Positions 22,540-35,240 of a stretch of DNA of 64,000 nucleotides are shown one piece after another. Both the position numbers and the translations under genes were made by a program. The stretch is from Macrostomum lignano. Its lineage: Eukaryota. The notes under the pieces were generated by a model that worked only from the letters and a program-made list of their open reading frames with translations, was not told where the DNA came from and searched no databases. Each line of letters opens with the position of its first letter. Position 1 is the stretch's first letter. The stretch is from positions 194,843-258,842 of the forward strand of contig NIVC01001894.1 in the NCBI GenBank assembly GCA_002269645.1, written 5' to 3'.

Positions 22540-22720
22540 CGAGGTCGAATTGAGTAGCTGGCACCCTTTGAGAATTGGGGAGTCCCAGCTGGGTGTAGAC
22601 AGCGTCCAGTATTTTCTCCTTGGCCTGGTGAACCGTGTCGCAGTCCAGCACGGTCACTGAGCACTGAATCTGCTGCTGCTGGCTGCTGAACACGCGCAGA
22701 CGGTCTTGGAATGTCAGAGT
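22540..22720 (-). CDS. Plexin exon 12 (Rho-binding domain)
   Basis: VTVLDCDTVHQAKEKILDAVY (plexin RBD signature); donor G|GTGAGT. Confidence 0.92.
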
Positions 22721-22769
22721 CTGCCAGCGGGATGGGAAACGGGATGTCTTATGACTGCTTCCCAGCCTC

Positions 22770-23525
22770 CCTAAATCCGCTCCCTAGTCTCTCTAAATCC
22801 GCTCCCCAGTCTCTCTAAATCCGCTCCCCAGTCTCTAAATCCGCTCCCCAGTGTCCCTAAATCCGCTCCCCAGTTTTTCTAAATCCGCTCCCCAGTCTCT
22901 CTAAGTCCGCTCCCTTAGTCTCTCTAAATCCGCTCCCCAGTCTCCCTAAATCCACTCCCCAGTCTCTCTAAATCCGCTCCCCAGTCTCCCTAAATCCACT
23001 CCCCAGTCTCCCTAAATCCACTCCCCAGTCTCTCTAAATCCGCTCCCCAGTCTCCCTAAATCCACTCCCCAGTCTCCCTAAATCCGCTCCCCAGTCTCTC
23101 TAAATCCGCTCCGCAGTCTCCCTAAATCCGCTCCCCAGTTTTTCTAAATCCGCTCCCCAGTCTCTCTAAATCCGCTCCCCAGTCTCCGTAAATCCGCTCC
23201 CCAGTCTCTCTAAATCCGCTCCCCAGTTTTTCTAAATCCGCTCCCTAGTCTCTCTAAATCCGCTCCCCAGTCTCTCTAAGTCCGCTCCCTTAGTCTCTCT
23301 AAATCCGCTCCCCAGTCTCCCTAAATCCACTCCCCAGTCTCTCTAAATCCGCTCCCCAGTCTCCCTAAATCCACTCCCCAGTCTCCCTAAATCCGCTCCC
23401 CAGTCTCTCTAAATCCGCTCCGCAGTCTCCCTAAATCCGCTCCCCAGTTTTTCTAAATCCGCTCCCCAGTCTCTCTAAATCCGCTCCCCAGTCTCTCTAA
23501 ATCTGCTCCCCAGTCTCCCTAAATC
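22770..23525. repeat. 22-bp minisatellite (CTAAATCCGCTCCCCAGTCTCT)n
   Basis: About 34 copies. Confidence 0.95.
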
Positions 23526-23547
23526 CTCCAAATTCCAAGCAACTCAC

Positions 23548-23904
23548 CAGCGCTTTAAACGGTATTTCCTTCTTGAGCAGCTTCTGCTCATTAATAGTGT
23601 ACTTAGAATCGCCGGTGACCTGATCCACCGGGCCCTTGCTAATCTGCTGGTGCATGGACCAATAGAGGCGGTGCAGCGGCCCGGCAACCCTACTACTCAG
23701 ATGCTCGTACATCAGGAACGCCAGCCAATTCGGTAGTAGGCGCTCGGCCACCGAGTCGCATCGGCGAAACACCACCTTGTAGTTGTCGTTCGCCTCCTGT
23801 CGGCGGCTGACCAGGGATTCAATTAGGCGGGACAGAATCCGGGTGAAGTAGCCGATGTCTGAGTAGAGCAGAGCCGACAGCAGCGAGCCGAAATGATTGC
23901 GCTC
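23548..23904 (-). CDS. Plexin exon 11 (GAP domain C1 segment)
   Basis: VFRRCDSVAERLLPNWLAFLMY, QQISKGPVDQVTGDSKYTINEQKLL; donor CTG|GTGAGT. Confidence 0.93.
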
Positions 23905-23984
23905 CTGTGGTTGGGTGGGGTGCATGACTAGGGTGAAGCTAAGCTAAGCTTTAGGCTTTGGCTTTGAATCCCAGCCTTCCACAA

Positions 23985-24160
23985 GCCGCTTCCCCAGTCT
24001 CCCAATAGCCACTTCCCAGTTCCGAATAGCCGCTTCCGCAGTCTCCCAATAGCCGTTTTCCAGTTCCGAATAGCCGCTTCCGCAGTCTCCCAATAGCCGT
24101 TTCCCAGTTCCAAATAGCCGCTTCCCAGTCTCCCACTAGCCGCTTCCCAGTCTCCCAGTA
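23985..24160. repeat. 22-bp minisatellite (CCGCTTCCCAGTCTCCCAATAG)n
   Basis: About 8 copies. Confidence 0.88.
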
Positions 24161-24197
24161 GCCAAACCATAACCTCCCGTATGCCCTAGCAACTAAC

Positions 24198-24384
24198 CTG
24201 ATACATGAACCTGTCGGAACGGGACTCCATAGCGCTAATCATGATGAGCAAGAAGTCTTCATTCAGCAGCAGGTTGTGCAACTGGCCGAGGGCTTTACGA
24301 ATTTCCGGCGGCTCAGCTGCCAGAGCGGCCGCGGCTGATTCCGGTGTTACAACGTCAGTAAACAGCGGGTCCTGGGTTCTGTGC
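24198..24384 (-). CDS. Plexin exon 10
   Basis: ALGQLHNLLLNEDFLLIIMISAMESRSDRFMYQ (cf. LxQFxxLLxNKxFLLxFIxTLE); donor CAG|GTTAGT. Confidence 0.85.
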
Positions 24385-24449
24385 CTGCAGTTGGAGTGGG
24401 CAGAATTTAATGCGTATGATACTACTGGTGACTAGCCAAGTTTTGGACA

Positions 24450-24503
24450 GTAGTATAAGGGCAGCATGATGTATCCAAGTCGCTAGCGGCCCAGGCTCGA
24501 CTC
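24450..24503 (+). other. Possible tRNA-Gly-like relic / SINE head
   Basis: GTAGTATAAGGGCAGCATG...TCCAAG...CCCAGGCTCGACTC resembles tRNA-Gly(TCC) A/B boxes; no intact cloverleaf. Confidence 0.3.
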
Positions 24504-24994
24504 AAAGTGCAGTCACATTAATTTGGGGCTGAATTGGAATCTCGGCTTGGCTCTGCTCGTGCAATTAACGCCCTTGAGGGCCAACCCCCAAGGCACAGTG
24601 AAGTGTACATGCCTAACGATAAATAAAGTTAGGGCCGCTGTACACTCCTGTGTTAGTGTGTGCCTGTGCGTATGACTGCGTACGTATCCGCGCGCTTGTG
24701 TGCCTGCTCAGGGGAGTCGGTGGAATGGGCAGCAATGCCTCTCATCGGTTGTGTGACAATGTCGCTTAAGGTGCACCAGGGTGCACTGGTTTGGCTTGAG
24801 AACTAAAGGAGGAAAGTGCCAAAACGGTCCATAACAATGCGATCACGGCATATGGACATGAACATATGGAATTGGCGGTTCGCTGGTTCATAAAATCGAC
24901 ACACTTATTGGGAATTTATCGGCAGAAAAAACACTTGACCTGGCTTAGTGAAAGCCGCAGTGTCACACACGCAGAATAACCCAGCGCCACTTAC

Positions 24995-25449
24995 CTGTCC
25001 TTGTACCTGTCCCCAAAGCAGGAATAGGAAGCAAATTCAGCAAAGCTGCGCACTGGCACGGGGGCCAGCCACTCGTCTAAGCCGCCTTTCCGGTCGCCGA
25101 GTCCGTTAGAATTCAACTGTAATTCGGCGAACGCGTCCCGACAGTTCTGCGACACCTGCGCTTCAAGCAGGTTGATCTGCGTCTCGATGTGGCTGTTTTT
25201 CTCCTCGCGCCGCTTCGCCTGGCGGTGCGCCCTCACCAGGCAGGCCACCAGCAGGGCAAACACCAGCGCCAGGCCCAGCGGGATGGCCAGGTAGACATAG
25301 ATCCAGTTGAACCTGGGAGAGTAGGTCACGTGACCAAGGTCGAAGCTGAGCAGCCCGATTTTTGCCTCGATTGGCAGGTCAACGCCAACGGCAGAGTCCG
25401 GCAGAGGGTGCCGGCAGGTCAATCGGTCCACAGAGTTGTCGGATGGGTT
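24995..25449 (-). CDS. Plexin exon 9 (end of IPT, transmembrane helix, juxtamembrane coiled coil)
   Basis: FDLGHVTY, TM IYVYLAIPLGLALVFALLVACLV, RAHRQAKRR, QINLLEAQVSQNCRDAFAELQ; donor AG|GTAAGT. Confidence 0.92.
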
Positions 25450-25469
25450 CTGCGGGGCAGTGGGAATGG

Positions 25470-27300
25470 GATCTGGGATAAATCTGCCTAGGTTGGGGAT
25501 ATCTGATGATCTGGGATAAATCTCCCACAGCTGGGGATATCTGATGATCTGGGATAAATCTCCCACAGCTGGGGATATCTGATGATCTGGGATAAATCTC
25601 CCACAGCTGGGGATATCTGATGATCTGGGATAAATCTCCCACAGCTGGGGATATCTGATGATCTGGGATGAATCCCCCCCAGCTGGGGATATCTGATGAT
25701 CTGGGATAAATCTGCCTAGGTTGGGGATATCTGATGATCTGGGATAAATCTCCCTCAGCTGAGGATATCTGATGATCTGGGATAAATCTCCCACAGCTGG
25801 GGATATCTGATGATCTGGGATGAATCCCCCCCAGCTGGGGATATCTGATGATCTGGGATAAATCTGCCTAGGTTGGGGATATCTGATGATTTGGGATAAA
25901 TCTCCCTCAGCTGGGGATATCTGATGATCTGGGATAAATCTCCCACAGCTGGGGATATCTGATGATCTGGGATAAATCTGCCCCAGCTGGGGATATCTGA
26001 TGATCTGGGATAAATCTCCCACAGCTGGGGATATCTGATGATCTGGGATAAATCTCCCACAGTTGGGGATATCTGATGATCTGGGATAAATCTGCCCCAG
26101 CTGGGGATATCTGATGATCTGATATAAATCTGCCTCAGCTGGGGATATCTGATGATCTGGGATAAATCTGCCTAGGTTGGGGATATCTGATGATCTGGGA
26201 TAAATCTCCCTCAGCTGGGGATATCTGATGATCTGGGATAAATCTCCCACAGCTGGGGATATCTGATGATCTGGGATGAATCCCCCCAGTTGGGGATATC
26301 TGATGATCTGGGATGAATCCCCCCAGTTGGGGATATCTGATGATCTGCGATAAATCTGCCTAGGTTGGGGATATCTGATGATCTGGGATAAATCTCCCAC
26401 AGTTGGGGATATCTGATGATCTGGGATAAATCTCCCACAGTTGGGGATATCTGATGATCTGGGATGAATCCCCCCAGTTGGGGATATCTGATGATCTGGG
26501 ATAAATCTGCCTAGGTTGGGGATATCTGATGATCTGGGATAAATCTCCCTCAGCTGGGGATATCTGATGATCTGGGATAAATCTCCCACAGCTGGGGATA
26601 TCTGATGATCTGGGATAAATCTCCCACAGCTGGGGATATCTGATGATCTGGGATGAATCCCCCCAGTTGGGGATATCTGATGATCTGGGATAAATCTCCC
26701 ACAGTTGGGGATATCTGATGATCTGGGATGAATCCCCCCAGTTGGGGATATCTGATGATCTGGGATAAATCTGCCTAGGTTGGGGATATCTGATGATCTG
26801 GGATAAATCTCCCTCAGCTGGGGATATCTGATGATCTGGGATAAATCTCCCACAGCTGGGGATATCTGATGATCTGGGATAAATCTCCCACAGATGGGGA
26901 TATCTGATGATCTGGGATGAATCCCCCCAGTTGGGGATATCTGATGATCTGGGATAAATCTCCCACAGCTGGGGATATCTGATGATCTGGGATAAATCTC
27001 CCCCAGCTGGGGATATCTGATGATCTGGGATAAATCTCCCACAGTTGGGGATATCTGATGATCTGGGATAAATCTCCCACAGATGGGGATATCTGATGAT
27101 CTGGGATGAATCCCCCCAGTTGGGGATATCTGATGATCTGGGATAAATCTCCCACAGCTGGGGATATCTGATGATCTGGGATAAATCTCCCCCAGCTGGG
27201 GATATCTGATGATCTGGGATAAATCTCCCACAGTTGGGGATATCTGATGATCTGGGATAAATCTCCCACAGTTGGGGATATCTGATGATCTGGGATAAAT
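25470..27300. repeat. 38-bp minisatellite (CTGGGGATATCTGATGATCTGGGATAAATCTCCCACAG)n
   Basis: About 48 copies filling a plexin intron. Confidence 0.97.
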
Positions 27301-27407
27301 CAGCATCTACTGTGGGTCTAAAGATACTGAGGATCGGGGATAATAATTAAGGACACTGAGGTTGTGGGATTTGTCTGAGAATACGGTAGCACACATGTCT
27401 AACTAAC

Positions 27408-28130
27408 TAGCGCGGCCACTTGGCAGGACAGCTGTCCGACTCGGACACCGATGTCCGGAAGCAGCAGGCCCGGCCGAAGATGTCGCCCAGTGAGCTGCAG
27501 CTCCAGCGGTCCCAGCCGCCGCCATTCGGGATGCAGCTCAACCTTTAACGAGCCAACCGGATGCAGCTGCGGATCCGGGAACAGGGTGAGGTTGGCCGGG
27601 TACCTGTGCTCAAGCGAGTCCAGCCGGATTGTAGCCGAGAATCTCGGCCGCGCATCGGCTGCAGGCTCGCTGCTGCTGCTTCTACGCCGGCGCAGCGACT
27701 GCGGCTGCGATGGTAGCGGCAACGGCGGGCTCTGGCAGACCAGCAGCTGCGGCTGGACGGCGCGGCACTTGCCAACAAAGCGACGCCGATCGCCGCGGCT
27801 GTCCGGTGCTTCTCCTAGCCGGCGCAGCTCGATGACAGGCCGGCGAACGGCGTCCAACCGGTTGCCGGGCAGTTCGAAGGCGAGGCCGCCGGCCGGGATC
27901 AGGCCGGTGCGCAGTGCGGACTCAGCCGACAGGGACAGCTCAGCGTCTGGCAGGACCTCCAGCCGGGCCGGCCTGTAGGACACGATGGAGTCGGTCTGGT
28001 TGCGCAGCATCAGGCTGGCAAAGTAGCGACCGGGCCGGTGGAATCGGCCCAGGCGGATGACGGCGTGCTGGCTGGCGCGGGACAGGACTTCGGCTGGCAC
28101 CGGCATGAACTCGTCGCTGAGCATGGTCAC
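27408..28130 (-). CDS. Plexin exon 8 (IPT/TIG domains)
   Basis: LPGNRLDAVRRPVI, LTLFPDPQL, LQLTGRHL, VRVGQLSC; acceptor ATCTCAG|; donor either 27408 (CTA|GTTAGT) or 27420. Confidence 0.85.
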
Positions 28131-28253
28131 CTGAGATTGGAGGAATACCGTTTCATATACATTACTGATATGGTTCACTTAGGAGGGAATTAAAGCAAGG
28201 CAACAGCGGACCTGCAGCCAGTGAGCAGGCAAGCAGTCAGGCCCATTCCGCTG

Positions 28254-28806
28254 GCCCCTGAAAACGGTACCTAGACCAAGAAGCGTCCCAGAGTCATTGC
28301 ATGCAGGCAACACAGGTAAAATAGGAAAAAAGTGACTCTAGACGGCTCTAACAAGTTTGCAAAAAGTCTCCCAAGACTCAATTTGAGGCGTTTTTATTGT
28401 CTGCGACTGTGGGGCGCTTCTATAGCGACACTGAGGCCGTAAAATCGTATCTGAGGTGTGCTTGAGTTGCTGTAGAATCACTGAGTCGCATCTGCGTCAC
28501 TCTATGAATTAGAATCGCATTTCGCATTTATAAAAACTCTATTTACTCTACTTGTGTTAGTAGACAGTTAAGCGCTAACACGACGACTCTTTGACGACTT
28601 TTACGATTCTACAACTCACGTGATGCGCTCGTGACTCAACAGTCGCCTCTCCATCGCATTGCAGTCTTTTGAGTCGTTAAAAAAAGTCCTAAGAGTCGCC
28701 CCTGAGTAGGGATTGCAATCCCTACCCCAGAGTCGCTAGTGTCGCTGCAGATTTGTTTGCAATGACTCTTTAGCGATTCTTGTCACGGTCACGTTTTCAA
28801 CGGGGC
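28254..28806. mobile_element. Degenerate MITE-like element with about 50-bp imperfect TIRs
   Basis: Left GCCCCTGAAAACG..CCAAGAAGCG..AGAGTCATTGCA vs reverse complement of right end GCCCCGTTGAAAACG..ACAAGAATCG..AGAGTCATTGCA; many internal GAGTCG/CGACTC motifs; no clear TSD. Confidence 0.55.
28707..28724. mobile_element. 18-bp palindromic hAT-like remnant with 8-bp TSD
   Basis: TAGGGATTGCAATCCCTA flanked by CCCCTGAG / CCCCAGAG. Confidence 0.6.
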
Positions 28807-28895
28807 ACATACGCGGTTTGATATTCAAAAATACAATAGTCACTAATCTACACTAGCAACACTCTCAACCAAGCAGTGGGTATCAGATAGCGGAC

Positions 28896-29735
28896 CTGCA
28901 GGCTGGAGCCGGCATCCAGATCGCTGCCCAGCAGTTTCAGCTCCGCCATGCCGCTCTGCTGAACCTTGCCGGAGCCATCCAGGCCGCTCAGCTCCGGCTT
29001 CGCCACGCTCAGCCAGTCGCTCGTAGCCCCGCTGTCGCTGCTGCTGTTCAATAAGACAGCCGGCAAGCTCACAACCAGCCTGTAGCGCGTCCCTAGCAAC
29101 GGCGCGTTGCTAAGCAAACAGTCGAATCCTTTGCCGGGAGTATAGGAGTCAGCCTGAACCGAGCAGGGCAGCTCGCCGCCACCGCCTCCACCCTCAGCAA
29201 CCAGCTTAGCCGTGACGCTGCGCCAACTATTGCCAAGATTCGAACCCGCAACCTGCAACCGCTGGCCAGCGTAGGGATCCAATTTAGGCGGCAGAATCTG
29301 CCGGATTAACGGACCGGGACAGAGGCCACCGCGTTTCACAGACGAGTCTGCCGAGCAATGATCAGCCGCTGAGCAGGCAGGGCCGCCGTCGGGGCACCAG
29401 ACGCAGCTGAACCGATCATCCTGGATGCCCAGCGTGCAGTCGTCGCAGCTGGCGGCCATAGACTGGCAGTGGTAGAGCAGCAGGCGGCTGGCCGAGGCGA
29501 CCGCCGGCTCGACAACGTGCTTGCCGCCCGTCCGATCAGACCAGTGGAAGACGACGGAGCAGAGGAGGGTGGCGGCCGCCGGTTGCTGTTGCCGTTGCAG
29601 AATGCCGGTGCGGCATTCAAGAAGGCGGCGACTGCCGCCTGCGGACTCCGGCTGGGCATCCAGCAGGCTGGCCGGATACTCGGCGGCCTCGCTGCCCGGA
29701 CAGGCGACTGAGCAGCTGAACGACTGCATGAAAGA
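28896..29735 (-). CDS. Plexin exon 7 (PSI + first IPT domains)
   Basis: LYHCQSMAASCDDC...FSCVWC, CPGPLIRQILP, RLQVAGSNLG; donor CAG|GTCCGC. Confidence 0.9.
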
Positions 29736-29904
29736 CTGTCGGATGGGCAATTTGTAAATATCGGTATTAAGTGCAAGGCTGGGGATGGACTATAATAGAC
29801 ATACGAGCGTGTATTCAGCTTACAACAATCTGATTATACTACTTATTATCAGTTTTAAATCATTCCTTTCTTCGATTTCAATGCCCGTTTTTCAACCCTA
29901 CGTT

Positions 29905-31530
29905 TAATCCCATTTTGTTAATCCTAACCCCTATTTTGTTAATCCTAACTCCCATTTTGTTAATCCTAACTCCCATTTTGTTCATCCTAGATCCCATTTT
30001 GTTAATCCTAACACCCATTTTGTTCATCCTAGATCCCATTTTGTTAATCCTAACTCCCATTTTGTTCATCCTAACTCCCATTTTGTTAATCCTAACTCCC
30101 ATTTTGTTCATCCTAGATCCCATTTTGTTAATCCTAACTCCCATTTTGTTCATCCTAACTCCCATTTTGTTCATCCTAACTCCCATTTTGTTAATCCTAA
30201 CTCCCATTTTGTTAATCCTAACTCCCATTTTGTTCATCCTAGATCCCATTTTGTTAATCCTAACACCCATTTTGTTCATCCTAGATCCCATTTTGTTAAT
30301 CCTAACTCCCATTTTGTTCATCCTAACTCCCATTTTGTTAATCCTAACTCCCATTTTGTTCATCCTAACTCCCATTTTGTTAATCCTAACTCCCATTTTG
30401 TTAATCCTAACTCCCATTTTGTTAATCCTAACTCCCATTTTGTTCATCCTAACTCCCATTTTGTTAATCCTAACTCCCATTTTGTTCATCCTAACTCCCA
30501 TTTTGTTAATCCTAACTCCCATTTTGTTAATCCTAACACCCATTTTGTTCATCCTAGATCCCATTTTGTTAATCCTAACTCCCATTTTGTTAATCCTAAC
30601 TCCCATTTTGTTAATCCTAACTCCCATTTTGTTCATCCTAGATCCCATTTTGTTAATCCTAACACCCATTTTGTTCATCCTAGATCCCATTTTGTTAATC
30701 CTAACTCCCATTTTGTTCATCCTAACTCCCATTTTGTTAATCCTAACTCCCATTTTGTTCATCCTAACTCCCATTTTGTTAATCCTAACTCCCATTTTGT
30801 TAATCCTAACTCCCATTTTGTTAATCCTAACTCCCATTTTGTTCATCCTAACTCCCATTTTGTTAATCCTAACTCCCATTTTGTTAATCCTAACTCCCAT
30901 TTTGTTAATCCTAACTCCCATTTTGTTAATCCTAACTCCCATTTTGTTAATCCTAACTCCCATTTTGTTAATCCTAACACCCATTTTGTTAATCCTAACT
31001 CCCATTTTGTTCATCCTAACACCCATTTTGTTCATCCTAACTCCCATTTTGTTCATCCTAACTCCCATTTTGTTCATCCTAGATCCCATTTTGTTCATCC
31101 TAACTCCCATTTTGTTAATCCTAACACCCATTTTGTTCATCCTAACTCCCATTTTGTTCATCCTAGATCCCATTTTGTTAATCCTAACACCCATTTTGTT
31201 AATCCTAACTCCCATTTTGTTAATCCTAACACCCATTTTGTTCATCCCAACTCCCATTTTGTTCATCCTAACTCCCATTTTGTTAATCCTAACTCCCATT
31301 TTGTTAATCCTAACACCCATTTTGTTAATCCTAACTCCCATTTTGTTAATCCTAACTCCCATTTTGTTAATCCTAACTCCCATTTTGTTAATCCTAACTC
31401 CCATTTTGTTAATCCTAACTCCCATTTTGTTAATCCTAACTCCCATTTTGTTAATCCTAGATCCCATTTTGTTAATCCTAACTCCCATTTTGTTAATCCT
31501 AGATCCCATTTTGTTAATCCTAAATCCAAT
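29905..31530. repeat. 21-bp minisatellite (CCCATTTTGTTAATCCTAACT)n
   Basis: About 77 copies. Confidence 0.97.
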
Positions 31531-31597
31531 TTTGATAATCCGAAATCTCACAAGGCAAATAAACCCAAACCCATGCCAAATTTTATACAATGCCCAC

Positions 31598-31950
31598 CTT
31601 ATATCCGGACAGGTTGTACACCAGCCGAGCAGAGGTTCCCGAAGGCTGGGCAATTTCACGATCATCAGCGGTGGCGCCGTTGCCAACGCCAACAAGCGGG
31701 CAAGACCCGCCTGTGGTTCCGTTGGCCACAGCTGAGCGGCCGACATCGTCCGGACAGTCGATGGACGGCTGGTGAACGCATGCAGCTTGAAGGCTGCACC
31801 AGCTGCATAGACGGCGACGACCGCCGCCAGCGGTGCAGCTGGTGCAGCTGGAATGCAGGCGGCAGCTGAACGCCTCAGCGTCAACTGACGCGAAGTAGGG
31901 CTGCGGGCTCGCCCGGCTGCCCGTCACCTGCACTGATAGGCGGCGGCTGG
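31598..31950 (-). CDS. Plexin exon 6 (PSI domain)
   Basis: FSCRLHSSCTSC...CSWCSLQAAC...GSCP; acceptor CGCCTTGCAG| phase 1, donor AAG|GTGGGC. Confidence 0.88.
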
Positions 31951-32019
31951 CTGCAAGGCGGTGAGGATCACAAGGGCAGGATTCTTCAGGTGATTCGTGT
32001 TCTCCACGACTTTAGCTTG

Positions 32020-33215
32020 AATCTGCCTCTCTGCTCACTCAGTCCTCGAGTCTGTTTCTCCCAGCTCACTCAGTCCCTGAGTCTGCATATCCGCTCACTC
32101 AGTCTCTGAGTCTGCCTCTCCGCTCACTCAGTCCCTAAGTCTGCCTCTCCGCTCACTCAGTCCCTGAGTCTGCCTCTCCGCTCACTCAGTCTCTGAGTCT
32201 GCCTCTCCGCTCACTCAGTCCCTGAGTCTGCATATCCGCTCACTCAGTCTCTGAGTCTGCCTCTCCGCTCACTCAGTCCCTAAGTCTGCCTCTCCGCTCA
32301 CTCAGTCCCTGAGTCTGCCTCTCCGCTCACTCAGTCTCTGAGTCTGCCTCTCCGCTCACTCAGTCCCTGAGTCTGCCTATCCACTAACTCAGTCCCTGAG
32401 TCTGCCTCTCCGCTCACTCAGTCCCTGAGTCTGCCTCTCCGCTCACTCAGTCCCTGAGTCTGCATATCCGCTCACTCAGTCCCTGAGTCTGCCTCTCCGC
32501 TCACTCAGTCGCCGCTGAGTCTGCCTCTCCGCTCACTCAGTCCCTGAGTCTGCCTCTCCGCTCACTCAGTTTCTGAGTCTGCCTCTCCGCTCACTCAGTC
32601 CCTGAGTCTGCATATCCGCTCACTCAGTCTCTGAGTCTGCCTCTCCGCTCACTCAGTCCCTGAGTCTGCATATCCGCTCACTCAGTCTCTGAGTCTGCCT
32701 CTCCGCTCACTCAGTCCCTGAGTCTGCCTCTCCGCTCACTCAGTCCCTGAGTCTGCATATCCGCTCACTCAGTCTCTGAGTCTGCCTCTCCGCTCACTCA
32801 GTCCCTGAGTCTGCCTATCCACTAACTCAGTCCCTGAGTCTGCCTCTCCGCTCACTCAGTCCCTGAGTCTGCCTATCCACTAACTCAGTCCCTGAGTCTG
32901 CCTCTCCGCTCACTCAGTCCCTGAGTCTGCATATCCGCTCACTCAGTCCCTGAGTCTGCCTCTCCGCTCACTCAGTCGCCGCTGAGTCTGCCTCTCCGCT
33001 CACTCAGTCCCTGAGTCTGCCTCTCCGCTCACTCAGTCCCTGAGTCTGCCTCTCCGCTCACTCAGTCCCTGAGTCTGCCTCTCCGCTCACTCAGTCCCTG
33101 AGTCTGCCTCTCCGCTCACTCAGTCCCTGAGTCTGCCTCTCCGCTCACTCAGTCCCTAAGTCTGATTCTCCCCGCTCACTCAGTCCCTGAGTCTGCCTCT
33201 CCGCTTTCTCAGTCC
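32020..33215. repeat. 29-bp minisatellite (CTGAGTCTGCCTCTCCGCTCACTCAGTCC)n
   Basis: About 41 copies. Confidence 0.96.
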
Positions 33216-33257
33216 CTCAATCTGCCTCTCCGGTCCTCCTATAGATCAGCCGCTCAC

Positions 33258-33684
33258 CTTGGCTGCCAAGGAACAGCCGCAGTTCGGCCATGTCCACAGG
33301 GCAACGGACGGTAAGGCTGCCGCCTAGCTGGTAGGTACCCTGCAGCTCAGCCTCCCTGCTCGGCATGACGGCGGCCCCATCAGCTACATAGTGGCAGTAG
33401 TAAGTCACCCGCGGCGCGTGCGCCAGCTGCAAGTCAACTGAAACTCGACGCTCCAGCCTGGGCTTGTCAACGCAAATATCGGCATTGTTTACGCTAGCAA
33501 CTGTCGGACAGTTTTCGGCCGAGATCACGTGACTGTCCGGGTCTGGCCGGCCGGGCCGGTCCCAGGTGCGACAGCCGGGCGCGCCGGCCAGGTTGGACCA
33601 GACGCAGTGCGGATTGCGGGAGCCGAGGCAGGCTGAGCAGGACAGGTGCCGCTGCTCACAGGAGGCGTACGGATGCGAACTCAC
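33258..33684 (-). CDS. Plexin exon 5 (first PSI domain)
   Basis: SCEQRHLSCSACLGSRNPHCVW; donor G|GTGAGC. Confidence 0.9.
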
Positions 33685-33789
33685 CTGGCAGTTCAAATCG
33701 GGTTTGGGGACTTTTGATTGGAACTACTCACATTTTCCCACTAAAGCAAATCCCTCACCGGTTTTACTAATCTTTATTCCCATCTCTAT

Positions 33790-34225
33790 AATCCTTATTC
33801 CCATTTATCCATCCCTATTCCCATTTATCAATCCCTATTCCCATTTATCAACCCCTATTCCCATTTATCAATCCCTATTCCCATTTATCCATCCATATTC
33901 CCATTTATCAATCCCTATTCCCATTTATCAATCCCTATTCCCATTTATCAATCCCTATTCCCATTTATCAACCCCTATTCCCATTTATCAATCCCTATTC
34001 CCATTTATCCATCCCTATTCCCATTTATCAATCCCTATTCCCATTTATCCATCCCTATTCCCATTTATCAATCCCTATTCCCATTTATCCATCCCTATTC
34101 CCATTTATAAACCCCTATTCCCATTTATCAATCCCTATTCCCATTTATCAATCCCTATTCCCATTTATCAATCCCTATTCCCATCTCTGTGAATCACTAT
34201 TCCCATCTCTGTGAATCCCTATTCC
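33790..34225. repeat. 20-bp minisatellite (CCCTATTCCCATTTATCAAT)n
   Basis: About 21 copies. Confidence 0.95.
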
Positions 34226-34799
34226 GGACAACCAATACACGAGCTATTACCCTGATTCCTATGCCTTCAATTGTATAACATTAAAATGTTTTTTTTTCAC
34301 CATAAAAACGAAAAAGATCACAGCTTTACGAGCTTGAATAATAAGTTTTACTGGTTTTTTCTAAATAAAAACTTTCAGTTCCACCAGAGTTCTAAATAAA
34401 ATTGCGAAGCTGGGGAAATAGATCCGGATGAGGCAGGGAAGCTGGGCTGGAACTAGAACCCTATTGTTACTGGTACGCGTAAATTAGTTAAACTATCTAT
34501 CAGGTGATACAATAGTTTAATCGTCCTGGTACGATGATAAAAATGCAGCGCTGGTTCAGGTGCGCATTTTCTCTGAACAGTGGCTGACAGACTGTGAGAG
34601 GCACTGATCCCTTTCAAAACTGCGGGTTAATCGACCGGCACTCCTCGTTAGCTCGTATATGAAGGCCAGGGTGTAAAAAACCAGAAATTTGTCCTTGATG
34701 GCGCCCTTGATGGGGTGACCTGAAGCTTCTAAATCGCTCCTGAAGCGGCAAAGTAGTCCTTGAAGTACCTAAAAGGTTCCTGAAGCGTCTAAGTGGTAT

Positions 34800-35240
34800 T
34801 AGTACCCCCCTGAAGCCATGAAGTGCCTAAGTGGTTTTAGTACCCCCTGAAGCCATGAAGTGCCTAAGTGGTTTTAGTACCCCCTGAAGCCATGAAGTGC
34901 CTAAGTGGTTTTAGTACCCCCTGAAGCCATGAAGTGCCTAAGTGGTTTTAGTACCCCCTGAAGCCATGAAGTGCCTAAGTGGTTTTAGTACCCCCTGAAG
35001 CCATGAAGTGCCTAAGTGGTTTTAGTTCCCCCTGAAGCCATGAAGTGCCTAAGTGGTCTCAGTACCCCCTCCCCTGAAGCCATGAAGTGCCTAAGTGGTC
35101 TCAGTACCCCCTCCCCTGAAGCCATGAAGTGCCTAAGTGGTCTCAGTACCCCCTCCCCTGAAGCCATGAAGTGCCTAAGTGGTCTCAGTACCCCCTCCCC
35201 CTGAAGCCATGAAGTGCCTAAGTGGTCTCAATACCCCCTG
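34800..35240. repeat. 37/42-bp minisatellite (GTACCCCCTGAAGCCATGAAGTGCCTAAGTGGTTTTA)n
   Basis: About 11 copies, unit switches to 42 bp distally. Confidence 0.93.

Noticed and set aside
24991-27306. 771-aa ORF of repeats in frame with the plexin TM exon
   Set aside because: The 38-bp unit lacks stop codons on that strand, so it is open in all frames; canonical splice sites flank it and link conserved IPT exons
29878-31884. 668-aa and 606-aa repetitive ORFs (GVRINKM / LILTPIL)
   Set aside because: Translation of a 21-bp intronic minisatellite; the unit resembles but is not the TTAGGG telomere repeat
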